Notes under the pieces: generated by a model
Databases searched by the model: none
The model's input: only the letters and a program-made list of their open reading frames with translations
What the model was told of the DNA's origin: nothing
IMG/VR virus record: IMGVR_UViG_3300004805_000005
Strand: one strand, 5' to 3'
From: an uncultured virus (IMG/VR IMGVR_UViG_3300004805_000005)
Taxonomy: Duplodnaviria; Heunggongvirae; Uroviricota; Caudoviricetes
Length of the DNA stretch: 64,000 nucleotides
Shown: positions 1 to 8,860 of the stretch, in pieces
Numbering within the stretch: position 1 is the stretch's first letter
Layout of the letters: each line of letters starts with the position of its first letter
Program-made: the position numbers and the translations under genes

Positions 1-64
1 AGTGTGAATATGCCGTTCTATATGTAACACCATGTTCGTTAGCGTAGTCTCTTAGTTTCTTCAT
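1..64 (-). CDS. tnpA: IS607-family TnpA (serine recombinase), N-terminal HTH only; runs off the window edge
   Basis: Not in the ORF track. The minus strand from ATG at 64 reads MKKLRDYANEHGVTYRTAYSH, resembling the MerR-like HTH start of IS607 TnpA. Preceded by CTAAGTATTTAC (78-67) and TTGAAA-N17-TAGCAT (111-83). Confidence 0.65.
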   Translation of the reverse strand, partial: MKKLRDYANEHGVTYRTAYSH

Positions 65-137
65 ATGTAAATACTTAGTAAAATGCTACTATTTTTTTAC
101 ATATTTTTCAATATTTTTTTTCATCATTCTTCAATGG

Positions 138-599
138 TTGATACATCAGATGAGAATACTACAAAAACAATCTCGATGGACAAACGATTTGAATCATACA
201 CTCTCCCGCGAGTTGGTTGACTATTGCCTGTCTCAAGACATAGACGTTCTAGGTCTTGAAGATTTGAAGGGCACTCAACTATCAAATAGGAGATTCAGGA
301 AGTACAATTGGGCTTTCAAGGACTTACTCAGTAAGATAATCCACAAGGCTGAATTGGCTGGACTGAAAGTCATTGGTGTTGATCCCAGAGGAACGAGTCA
401 GACTTGTTCTTTCTGTGGTCTGAAGGATAAGACCAACAGGATTTCTCAAAGCCTATACGTATGCTCGTGTGGGTCTGTGATGAATGCTGACATCAATGCG
501 GCTAAAAACATTCAACACCTTTCGATGTTGAATGGGCCTTATGTGAATCAGGCCAATGGAAGCTCTAAACCAGAAGCTAGTGTGGCTTTAGCCACCTAG
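138..599 (+). pseudogene. tnpB: 5'-truncated TnpB (RuvC-II, zinc finger and RuvC-III only)
   Basis: Contains LEDL, VDPRGTSQTCSFCG, CSCG and NADINAAKNI. The RuvC-I GxD motif and the N-terminal half are missing. In-frame ATG at 150. Confidence 0.8.
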
Positions 600-607
600 T
601 AGTTCAC
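535..607 (+). ncRNA. Putative TnpB omegaRNA 3' scaffold / transposon right end
   Basis: GAAG followed by hairpin CTAG-T-GTGGCT-TT-AGCCAC-CTAG (577-599) then TAGTTCAC (600-607), the usual look of a tnpB element right end; a GGCCT/AGGCC stem at 535-554. The 5' boundary is uncertain. Confidence 0.55.
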
Positions 608-1389
608 GAAACTACCGCATGTACTAATATCTGTTCGGAATTAGTCTTTATTGGCTTTCTTCCTCTAGACCATCCACCACACTCATTACACTGGTATCTT
701 TGGTACTTGTGAACGATAGTCCGCTGAACGCCTCTACGGATTACATCAATCGATCCGCACTTGGGACATACTACCTGACTTCCATCATCCTCATACAATC
801 CCATATTAGGATGTACATCTACCCAAGGAATTAACTTAATATACAACTCTTCCACAACATCTACATCGTGGTTACAATAGGTAACCAAGGTCTTCCATGC
901 GATTTCGACACCGTTCATACAATCTCTCCACAGAGTAAACGGTTGCTTTTCCTTTATGGCTATTCCGAAGTAATGACTGGCAGAGTCCAAGCTGTTACTG
1001 GGAAGACGAAGCTTCTTCTTGAGAACTTCCAACGTATCACAAATTTTATAAGGGGTAGGGGGTGGCAGTCCGTAAGCAATGAATCTTGCATTCAGGGTTG
1101 CAAGATCAAATGCCTTTACGTTATGTCCAACTACAATATCAGCTTCACAGAGTAACTCATGGGCCTTCTTCACAACTGCCCAATCATCTGTACGATTTCC
1201 ACGATTCCAAGAACGTCCACCAAAAAGCCCAACGTTCTGTACCCTTTGGTTCATCCACTTCCACGACATACACAGCAAATATCCGGGTTCCTTTATCTGT
1301 GTTTGTCCAACCGTTTCTTTAAAACGTTTCCATATATATGCGGTTTCCGGTGCTGTCTCTATGTCGAGAATCAGAATTTTTGCTGACAT
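604..1389 (-). CDS. DEDD/RNase H-like 3'-5' exonuclease with C-terminal zinc ribbon
   Basis: ILDIET, GHNVKAFD and YCNHDV exonuclease motifs; CPKCGS...CNECG. Confidence 0.8.
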   Translation of the reverse strand: MSAKILILDIETAPETAYIWKRFKETVGQTQIKEPGYLLCMSWKWMNQRVQNVGLFGGRSWNRGNRTDDWAVVKKAHELLCEADIVVGHNVKAFDLATLNARFIAYGLPPPTPYKICDTLEVLKKKLRLPSNSLDSASHYFGIAIKEKQPFTLWRDCMNGVEIAWKTLVTYCNHDVDVVEELYIKLIPWVDVHPNMGLYEDDGSQVVCPKCGSIDVIRRGVQRTIVHKYQRYQCNECGGWSRGRKPIKTNSEQILVHAVVS

Positions 1390-1442
1390 TTAATATTTCT
1401 CCAGTTGTTAATAACGTATTTAGTTTAATCGGTTCAAAGATA

Positions 1443-1470
1443 AGTATACCCCAAGTTTACTTTTAGTCAA
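1443..1470 (-). promoter_or_regulatory. Sigma70-type promoter for the exonuclease gene
   Basis: Minus strand TTGACT-N16-TATACT. Confidence 0.55.
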
Positions 1471-1473
1471 ACA

Positions 1474-2019
1474 CTATTTTACTCCGGGACCGGAAGGCCC
1501 AGCTTGTCCTACTCCACCACCAGCCGCATCTGGTTCTTCCTTGGCACCAACTAAATCATCTAAAGTTCCTGTCATTTGCTTGAACATACTCTTCAATTCA
1601 TCCCTCAACTCAAGAACGGCAGTTAGCTTTTTATAAAAATTACCATAGAATTGTTTGATGCCCTCTTTGTCTTTTACTTTGGTTATTGCCAAACTCACAG
1701 AATCCACAAAATCGTCAAACATCTCAGGAGATACACCTTCTTTCTTATCAACCAATAACGATAAAATAGATCTAGTATATTCTCTAGGATCTGTTTCTCT
1801 TTTGGTTTCATTATCTGCATCTTCTGCGTTACTAGCAGGAGCACCACCAGCGGCTGGATCGCCACCGGCTGGAGGAGGAGGAGGAGGAGGAGCACCACCA
1901 CCAGCATCAGGAGGAGGAACACCACCCGCATCAGGTGTAGGTGCGGCACCAGCAGGTGGCATATCTGCTTCAATCAATACCTTGTAACAACTCTCGACCA
2001 AACTTTCAAATTTACTCAT
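1474..2019 (-). CDS. Hypothetical Pro/Gly/Ala-rich protein
   Basis: ORF with SD (GAGG); poly-Pro encoded by a (GGA)7 run on the + strand at 1871-1891. Confidence 0.7.
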   Translation of the reverse strand: MSKFESLVESCYKVLIEADMPPAGAAPTPDAGGVPPPDAGGGAPPPPPPPAGGDPAAGGAPASNAEDADNETKRETDPREYTRSILSLLVDKKEGVSPEMFDDFVDSVSLAITKVKDKEGIKQFYGNFYKKLTAVLELRDELKSMFKQMTGTLDDLVGAKEEPDAAGGGVGQAGPSGPGVK

Positions 2020-2030
2020 ATATACCTCAT

Positions 2031-2456
2031 TTATTGTGCGGCTGGTGCGACTACTGGTGCGGCCCCTGCCTGTGCTTGGGAAGACTTAACGGTTGTAAAC
2101 TGTCCAGTTTTTGGATCAAATGCGAGAGAACCGAAAAATTCCTTTATTCCGGGAATATTACCAGAGGTCTTCAGTGCATTATTCATTGCCTGTACACTTG
2201 CTTTAGAATCACCAAACTTCATCGTCTTGAACACATTAGCTAATGCCTGATCTGGTGTGGCTGGTTTTGCCTCTGGGGTTGCCGCTGTTTGTGTCTGTGC
2301 TGCTGGTTCCGTAGTCGCCTGTGCTGGTGCCTGTGTCGCCTGTGTGGTGGCCCCTGCGGTTGCTGGTGCGGTTACCGGTGCTGCTGATGTCTGCGTGGCA
2401 TCTACCTCATTTAGCTGCGTTAATTTCGTCGAAATTATCTGATCGAACTTATTCAT
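2031..2456 (-). CDS. Hypothetical Ala/Thr/Gln-rich protein
   Basis: ORF with AGGAG SD and upstream ATAAATATTTAA motif (2480-2469). Confidence 0.7.
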   Translation of the reverse strand: MNKFDQIISTKLTQLNEVDATQTSAAPVTAPATAGATTQATQAPAQATTEPAAQTQTAATPEAKPATPDQALANVFKTMKFGDSKASVQAMNNALKTSGNIPGIKEFFGSLAFDPKTGQFTTVKSSQAQAGAAPVVAPAAQ

Positions 2457-3051
2457 TGGTATCTCCTTTTAAATATTTATTGTAAAACATACTATTTTTA
2501 ATACTATCCTCTGGATAATACTTATACATGAACTGAATTAATCCATTATCTTTGCTATATTTTTTCAACTTCTTTAACGAGGTTGTTTTGTTTCGGTAAT
2601 GACTCAACGCACTTTCTAGCTGATGTATGGTTTCTCTCGTTTCTCCGCAATCATTTAACAATTCTATATTTTTTGTTTCTACAAGTATTGGAATAGGAGC
2701 ATTTCGTGAAACCGATTTACATGTTTTGATAACAAACGCCCCAAACTTTTCCTTTTCAGTATATGTCCATAATTCATAGTGTTTATCCATAAAGTTAGTA
2801 TTGATATATAATATACTATTGGTGTCTCTTTCTTTGTTCATTCGATTACATATCTTATCCAAGATGGCATATACGGTGATTTTTTTTATATCAGACCGCA
2901 TGTCTTTAATCAAATTCATATCTCCGTATATATTATATACTGTATTGATTAAATGGATAACTACCAGTTTGAAAATCTCATCAAAGGTTATGATCGTAAG
3001 TTCCGGCTTAGAACATACGAACTTATCTTCTTCAGTCTGAGTTATTGTCAT
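2449..3051 (-). CDS. Hypothetical protein
   Basis: 200-aa ORF coupled to its neighbours by short overlaps. Confidence 0.65.
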   Translation of the reverse strand: MTITQTEEDKFVCSKPELTIITFDEIFKLVVIHLINTVYNIYGDMNLIKDMRSDIKKITVYAILDKICNRMNKERDTNSILYINTNFMDKHYELWTYTEKEKFGAFVIKTCKSVSRNAPIPILVETKNIELLNDCGETRETIHQLESALSHYRNKTTSLKKLKKYSKDNGLIQFMYKYYPEDSIKNSMFYNKYLKGDTNE

Positions 3052-3682
3052 ACCTCTTAATTATAGACTCAATTATCAAATTTTCAATATGTGATTTTGA
3101 AAATCCTTGTTCCATGCCTTCGGCAACAGAATCGTGTAGACATTCCACCGCATGGTCTATGTGTCCGCATAATTCTACTTCCTTCTTGAATTTCACAGGA
3201 TCAAACTTATCGATAGATTTCTTAGATGCCATCTCAAGCAATACACTAGACTTGAACAAATCTAAGGTATCTTCTCTTATCAGTCTTCTGATTTTCAGGA
3301 TATGCATATCTATGGGAGTTAGTGAAGCCTTTTCTTCTACTGTATTGGGTTCTCTTATTTTACAGCCCGATTCATCAATTATACCTAATTTATATGCCGA
3401 CATATCTTTGATGGGTTGTACCAATCTGGAAAGGAATAATCCAGTTACGGTTGATTGATGAATTGATTCTTTTATCATATTATTATACTCTACTCCTCTG
3501 ACATGAAGCTTACTGAAAGGATTCAACGGACAACCAAATCCTACTGAAGTTGACCCACAGTATATACATTTGTCTCCAGAAGATATATGTACATGCCTCT
3601 TATGCGCTGAATATGCACACCCATATCCGTAGGCCGTTGAATTACAAAACATACATCTGGTTACCTGTTTCTTCTCGCTCAT
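3032..3682 (-). CDS. Hypothetical protein with tandem Cys/His (Zn-binding-like) N-terminal repeats
   Basis: CMFCNSTAYGYGC...H and CIYCGSTSVGFGC...H; downstream AYKLGIIDESG motif. Confidence 0.65.
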   Translation of the reverse strand: MSEKKQVTRCMFCNSTAYGYGCAYSAHKRHVHISSGDKCIYCGSTSVGFGCPLNPFSKLHVRGVEYNNMIKESIHQSTVTGLFLSRLVQPIKDMSAYKLGIIDESGCKIREPNTVEEKASLTPIDMHILKIRRLIREDTLDLFKSSVLLEMASKKSIDKFDPVKFKKEVELCGHIDHAVECLHDSVAEGMEQGFSKSHIENLIIESIIKRYDNNSD

Positions 3683-4170
3683 TTAATTCTCCTACAATAT
3701 TCTGCTATTAACAAACCATCAGCATCTCCGTGCTTCTTAATCATTTCGGTGTGTTGTGGAAAGGTTCTAATCCCAATATCTAAACTGGCTTTCTTTAACT
3801 CGTCTGATCCTTTTATACCTTGAGGAAGTAATACTTTCTGCCAATTTTTAGAATCTAAAAACGCATAAGGAAGCACCAGATTTTCTAAAACAATTAACGT
3901 AGATTCCAACGATCTAAGCGCAGAGGTAGTAGCCTGAAATCTTAGTGGATTTACCATTGGACGTTCAAGCATAACAAAACAATCAGTATTCCTAAATCTT
4001 TCCAAAATACGATGGAGTTTAACATGGTCTATCCGTGTTATATTAGCTTTCTTCTTGGTATAGTTCTGTTGGGAGAATGTGGGGGTTTCTATGAATTCAC
4101 TAATCCCATCTACAATAATTCCGATGGTTCCAGAAATCCCATTATCAATTCCTATTCTTGCCCTTACCAT
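3679..4170 (-). CDS. RuvC-like Holliday junction resolvase
   Basis: IGIDNGISG, MLERP, WQK and DADGLLIAEY acidic motifs of the RuvC fold. Confidence 0.75.
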   Translation of the reverse strand: MVRARIGIDNGISGTIGIIVDGISEFIETPTFSQQNYTKKKANITRIDHVKLHRILERFRNTDCFVMLERPMVNPLRFQATTSALRSLESTLIVLENLVLPYAFLDSKNWQKVLLPQGIKGSDELKKASLDIGIRTFPQHTEMIKKHGDADGLLIAEYCRRIK

Positions 4171-4943
4171 TATTTCTTTTTCTCCATTTTGGCTAACTTA
4201 TTATAATAAAAAAAATCTTCCCACGTATGATCTCTGGCTATCTCTTGGGCGATAGATTTATCTGTTGTGTGTTCCATCTCCACCTTAGTACCTTGTTTTA
4301 ATTTGTCTTCTAATTGCTTCTCAAAGTCTGATACTTCGGGGTATCCCTTATCTTTATATCTTTTGCGAAAATCTTCCAGTGTTTTTCCTTCAGACTTTCC
4401 TCCGGGAATCTTATTCCCAGATAAGTCCATTTCTCCAATCAATGATATCACCTCACCACTATCAAACACTTCTTCTGATATAATATTAGTTATACATTGT
4501 AATATAGTCTGTATACGGTTATCTGTGCCTTCTACGATTACACAGTTATCGTCAATTGTGTGATTTATCTCGTAACGTTCCATTATATCACGTATAACTT
4601 TAGTATACTCTACATTTTCTGTATAGATCACACAATTCAGGGCATAGTCCTGTTCTTCACTTGCTTCAGTTGTTAGCATCTCTGCGAATGTTCTACGGTA
4701 GATGGGTATTTTATCTTTCTTCCCCTTCTTTCCCTTTTTTCCTTTCTTAACAAACTCATAGGGATCATTTCCACCTGCACCTATGACTTTAGGTATTCTA
4801 GCATCTCCCGGAGCATATGAATCAACGTTGCCTACGTTTCCGCCCTGATTTCCACCAGCACCAAACATACCACCAACGCCACCAGCTACGTTCATTTCAC
4901 GTACCATCTGTAAACCTTGTTTGTAATTCATACGATACCTCAC
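4170..4943 (-). CDS. Hypothetical protein with C-terminal GxxVEMEHT...EIARDH domain (DUF5661-like); probable start 4931
   Basis: Motif LKQGTKVEMEHTTDKSIAQEIARDH...YYNKL; GAGGT SD before the ATG at 4931. Confidence 0.6.
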   Translation of the reverse strand: MRYRMNYKQGLQMVREMNVAGGVGGMFGAGGNQGGNVGNVDSYAPGDARIPKVIGAGGNDPYEFVKKGKKGKKGKKDKIPIYRRTFAEMLTTEASEEQDYALNCVIYTENVEYTKVIRDIMERYEINHTIDDNCVIVEGTDNRIQTILQCITNIISEEVFDSGEVISLIGEMDLSGNKIPGGKSEGKTLEDFRKRYKDKGYPEVSDFEKQLEDKLKQGTKVEMEHTTDKSIAQEIARDHTWEDFFYYNKLAKMEKKK

Positions 4944-5038
4944 CCTTTATAGTATTTAGTGTGAAAACATTTAATATCAATCTTATATTTACAATGAACT
5001 GTCTTGTATTTTGCCAAAAATATGATAATATATAGTAT

Positions 5039-5452
5039 ATGGAAAATAAAATTGATATGACACTATTTGAGAAATACATGGCAGAAATAACGGAAGAGTT
5101 GGATCTATCCGATTTCAACGTCAAAGATGTTCAGATGAAATTACCCTCGGTAAAACATAAATGGATAGCTCGTATGATTCAACAAAAGATAGAATTAAAC
5201 AAGTTGAAAAAACTAAAAGCAGAGGCAATCGATACAATAATCCAAAATCTACGCAAAGAAAATCCGGTTCTGTTGTCAGATGCCGCGCTTTCTAAACAAG
5301 CCGAGAAAAATGAAACAGTTCAAAAGATAATAACAAAAATTGAAGAATGTGAATTATTGATAGAATATCTCGAAAAGGTCGAAAAGGTATGCAATGGAAC
5401 CACTTATGATATTAAAAATCTAGTGGACATCAAAAAACTTGAACTTAGTTAA
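5039..5452 (+). CDS. uvsY: UvsY-like recombination mediator
   Basis: 137-aa helical protein ending ...TYDIKNLVDIKKLE, directly upstream of uvsW as in T4-like phages. Confidence 0.65.
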   Translation: MENKIDMTLFEKYMAEITEELDLSDFNVKDVQMKLPSVKHKWIARMIQQKIELNKLKKLKAEAIDTIIQNLRKENPVLLSDAALSKQAEKNETVQKIITKIEECELLIEYLEKVEKVCNGTTYDIKNLVDIKKLELS

Positions 5453-5461
5453 AAATAAAAC

Positions 5462-5490
5462 TTGACAACATATAAAACTTTTGGTATAAT
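5462..5490 (+). promoter_or_regulatory. Perfect sigma70 consensus promoter
   Basis: TTGACA (5462-5467)-N17-TATAAT (5485-5490). Confidence 0.75.
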
Positions 5491-5689
5491 AAACACATAA
5501 CATTCAAAAACATAAAAGACTTTGTTCAGAAACTTCTGAAGCTTAAGAAACAATACTATTACATTTTTTCTAACAATTTAAGAAACATTTATTTTTATAC
5601 TTTATAAGTTTCTGAGATATTCTAAAACTACTTTAATACAAATTTTAACAAATCTTAGAAACATTTTAATATGAATAAGATATAATCTA

Positions 5690-5717
5690 TTGACTATTAT
5701 GCAAAATATACTATAAT
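5690..5717 (+). promoter_or_regulatory. Sigma70-type promoter for uvsW
   Basis: TTGACT-N16-TATAAT, 10 nt before the ATG at 5728. Confidence 0.6.
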
Positions 5718-5727
5718 TAAAACAACA

Positions 5728-7395
5728 ATGGCAAAAGTAATACTAGATTGGGATGAGAAATATAAGACAGCTATTATAGTATCTGACTTCTTACCCGCTA
5801 TACGAGCTAGATTTTCAATACCAAACACTAGCAAAGAAATGTTAAAGAAACAAGGAAAACCAACTTGGTACATGCCTGATTTCGTAAGTCCTATAACAAC
5901 TGGAGGTAAGTTTGGTATAGGTTTATACTTTGAGCTGATAACTTTTTTTACAAAAGATAATGTAGATTACCAAATAATAACAACTGATTTATTAGAAAAA
6001 CAAATCATACAAACATATGAATGGAATGATAATTATATTATAGATAGTCTTAATATGGAATTAAGACCATATCAAGAATCGTCAGTAAAGAAATGTATTC
6101 GTATGGGATATGGAATTGTTATTGTAGGAACTGCTGGTGGTAAAACATGTATCATGGCATCTTTGATACAGACAATACGAGCAAAGGAAGCTCCATTCAC
6201 TACACTAGTCATATTACCCTCAAATCTTCTGCAACAGACCTATAAAGAGTTTTTGAGCTATGGAATTGACCCAGAGTTAATGTCAACATGGGGTGGAGAT
6301 GGTGGGTTTATAAAGAAACCTATTGTCTTGGCGAGTATAGAAATATTGAGAGCCAATCTAACTACCTTCTCTGAGCGTAAACCAAAAACAGAATATGCAT
6401 GGAAATCTGACTGCATTTGCAAATTAAGCATTAAGCCATGTAAGAATAAATGCAAATATGGTTATGAAAAGGAAACCTGTACTAACAAAGTATCTACCCA
6501 AACATATAAAGAATATCTAGACATCTTTTCTAATGAAGAGAAAGCACGAAAGAAAAGTTGGGCGGCTAGACGTAAAGATACATTGGATCAGTTATCTGAT
6601 GTTGAATTAGTTTTAATTGACGAAATTCACAGCTTACGTCGAGGAAACGTAATGAACGAAGTAGTTGGTTTATTCTCTACAAGACATAGATTTGGGTTTA
6701 CTGGAACCCTTCCATCTGATATAATTGATCAATGGAATATAATGGGGAACATTGGACCTATTCTAATTGATGTAGATTCTGCGGCACTACGTAAAATGGA
6801 TTATATTGCACAAGTAAAGGCACAAATATTACAAATACAATATAAAACAAAACTACGAGTCAACATAGACCAAAATGATCCAACCAAAGCCTTTAACGAA
6901 GAATGCGAGTTTATATACAAGAATAAGTTCAGGAACCGGGTGATGTTGAAGCTATGCAATTCTTTTGAAAATAATGCATTGATCATGGTAGATAAGATAG
7001 ATCACGGAAGACGAATTGCGAAATATATCAGAAACAATTTGAAAGACAAACAAGTATATTGGATACGGGGATCGGTTGAGATGGAAGATAGGGAACGGAT
7101 CAGAGCCTTGATGGAAACCAACAACAACGTGGTTTGCGTGGCTATGTCTCGTATTTTTGCTGTTGGTATTAACATCAAGAATTTACATTATGTCGTATTT
7201 GCACAGGGCGGCAAAGCGAAAGTTACTTTAATACAAAGTATCGGAAGAGGGTTGCGTTTGCATGATAACAAGGTGTGTCTTATCATAATAGATATTGCAG
7301 ATATGTTGCATTATGGAACAAAACACCTTTTAGAAAGATTAGATTACTATAAGGACGAACAGATTGAACATGAAACTAAAGAGCTATACGAATAA
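5728..7395 (+). CDS. uvsW: UvsW-like SF2 DNA helicase
   Basis: LRPYQ, GTAGGKT, DEIH, GFTGT, GINIKNLH and QSIGRGLR motifs. Confidence 0.9.
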   Translation: MAKVILDWDEKYKTAIIVSDFLPAIRARFSIPNTSKEMLKKQGKPTWYMPDFVSPITTGGKFGIGLYFELITFFTKDNVDYQIITTDLLEKQIIQTYEWNDNYIIDSLNMELRPYQESSVKKCIRMGYGIVIVGTAGGKTCIMASLIQTIRAKEAPFTTLVILPSNLLQQTYKEFLSYGIDPELMSTWGGDGGFIKKPIVLASIEILRANLTTFSERKPKTEYAWKSDCICKLSIKPCKNKCKYGYEKETCTNKVSTQTYKEYLDIFSNEEKARKKSWAARRKDTLDQLSDVELVLIDEIHSLRRGNVMNEVVGLFSTRHRFGFTGTLPSDIIDQWNIMGNIGPILIDVDSAALRKMDYIAQVKAQILQIQYKTKLRVNIDQNDPTKAFNEECEFIYKNKFRNRVMLKLCNSFENNALIMVDKIDHGRRIAKYIRNNLKDKQVYWIRGSVEMEDRERIRALMETNNNVVCVAMSRIFAVGINIKNLHYVVFAQGGKAKVTLIQSIGRGLRLHDNKVCLIIIDIADMLHYGTKHLLERLDYYKDEQIEHETKELYE

Positions 7396-8860
7396 TGATT
7401 TTAACATAATTGTTAAATCAGCTAATGATTTTGATTGGAAACCTTCTATAGAAACAATAGAAACGCCAACCACACTATTATTTGCAATATCTACACTTCC
7501 TAATATACTAATCAAAAAAATAATATGGGATTTTGGAACAGGGAAACAGGTAAAAAGTCTAACCAATAGAAAATTTCCACTGAATGGATACGGTATTGGT
7601 TGTAAATACAAAAAATCGCACGATACTACGATAACCATACAGGCTTCTGTTTATACGGACGATCATAGGTTTATCCCAAAGTCGTTGACGAGTACAACGT
7701 TGAATCATATAATAAAGACACACTATGTTGATCCTGATACGTTTAAAGATCAGATATTAAAATATTATAAAACAGATAACTTTACAGATGATGTGGCAGA
7801 ATCCATATATAAAATTGCAAATAGATTAGCGTTTTCGTCCAACTTCATAAATTATTGCGTAGATAGCGAAACCGAAGCTCTAACACAAAGAGGATGGTTG
7901 ACTTATAAAGATATAACTACCAAAGATACGATATTATCATACAATATAAATGACAAGAAATTAACTTGGTCTTCTATAAAGGAAGTATTCGTCAACGAAA
8001 ATTATAATGGTCCTATGCATTATTTAACCACTCCGGGATTAGATGCATTAGTAACGCCTAATCATAAATTCGTATCAGCAGAGTCTGGCCTAAAGGCAGT
8101 TGAGCATATTAAATGCGGAGAGCATATTGTACTTAACGGACTTCCGGTGGAATCTATGTTATCAATCATCAAGTGTGATGATAACGATGTAAAAAAAATA
8201 GCATTAGATTATATCAATGAATCAGAATTTAGCAAAGAGATTAATATATTTAGTATAATTGTTATAACTAATTTAAATCAAGATCAAAGAACATTGCTAA
8301 TAGAAACCATATTGCGGAATAGTAAGGATTTAACATATATACATAAAGATAAACTACATATAGATAATTTTCTTATGTTATGCACACTAGCAGGAATAAA
8401 GACAACAACCAAGTTTATGGAAAATGATTCGACATATAATGTTAAAGTTTATATGAAATCAAATCTTCAATGTAAATCAGATGATATAACATTTCACCCG
8501 ACTCAACAATATACAGGAACAGTATGGTGTCCAAAAACCGAGTACGGTACATTTGTATGTAAACGCAATGGATCTATATATGTCACAGGAAACACATACC
8601 GTGAAGAGATGGTGGGGGATGCCATCTTGTTAATGGTGAAGGCACTAACAAAACGAAAGTTCGATCCAGACAAAGGAAATCCATTTTCTTACTTTACACG
8701 TATTGCATTTAACGCATTTTGTAATAGAATAAAGGAAGAGAAGAAGAATCGGGAAGAGTTAACAAAATATCAGGAAGACATATACGGTGGAGCACTCGGA
8801 GAAACCACGAATCATCTCGGAGAAGATCATTCACACGAATCAAATAATTATGAAAATTAA
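7364..8860 (+). CDS. gp55: T4 gp55-like late-transcription sigma factor containing an intein
   Basis: The exteins join as IANRLAFSSNFINY|TYREEMVGDAI...FDPDKGNPFSYFTRIAFNAFCNRIKEEK, the gp55 signature; immediately upstream of gp47. Confidence 0.85.
   Translation: MNMKLKSYTNNDFNIIVKSANDFDWKPSIETIETPTTLLFAISTLPNILIKKIIWDFGTGKQVKSLTNRKFPLNGYGIGCKYKKSHDTTITIQASVYTDDHRFIPKSLTSTTLNHIIKTHYVDPDTFKDQILKYYKTDNFTDDVAESIYKIANRLAFSSNFINYCVDSETEALTQRGWLTYKDITTKDTILSYNINDKKLTWSSIKEVFVNENYNGPMHYLTTPGLDALVTPNHKFVSAESGLKAVEHIKCGEHIVLNGLPVESMLSIIKCDDNDVKKIALDYINESEFSKEINIFSIIVITNLNQDQRTLLIETILRNSKDLTYIHKDKLHIDNFLMLCTLAGIKTTTKFMENDSTYNVKVYMKSNLQCKSDDITFHPTQQYTGTVWCPKTEYGTFVCKRNGSIYVTGNTYREEMVGDAILLMVKALTKRKFDPDKGNPFSYFTRIAFNAFCNRIKEEKKNREELTKYQEDIYGGALGETTNHLGEDHSHESNNYEN
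7856..8593 (+). mobile_element. Intein (246 aa) in the late sigma factor
   Basis: Block A CVDSETEALTQRGW, block B VTPNHKF, block F/G YTGTVWCP...IYVTGN, +1 residue Thr. Confidence 0.9.

Noticed and set aside
1871..1891. (GGA)7 as a regulatory or G-quadruplex element
   Set aside because: Fully explained by poly-proline codons on the minus strand.
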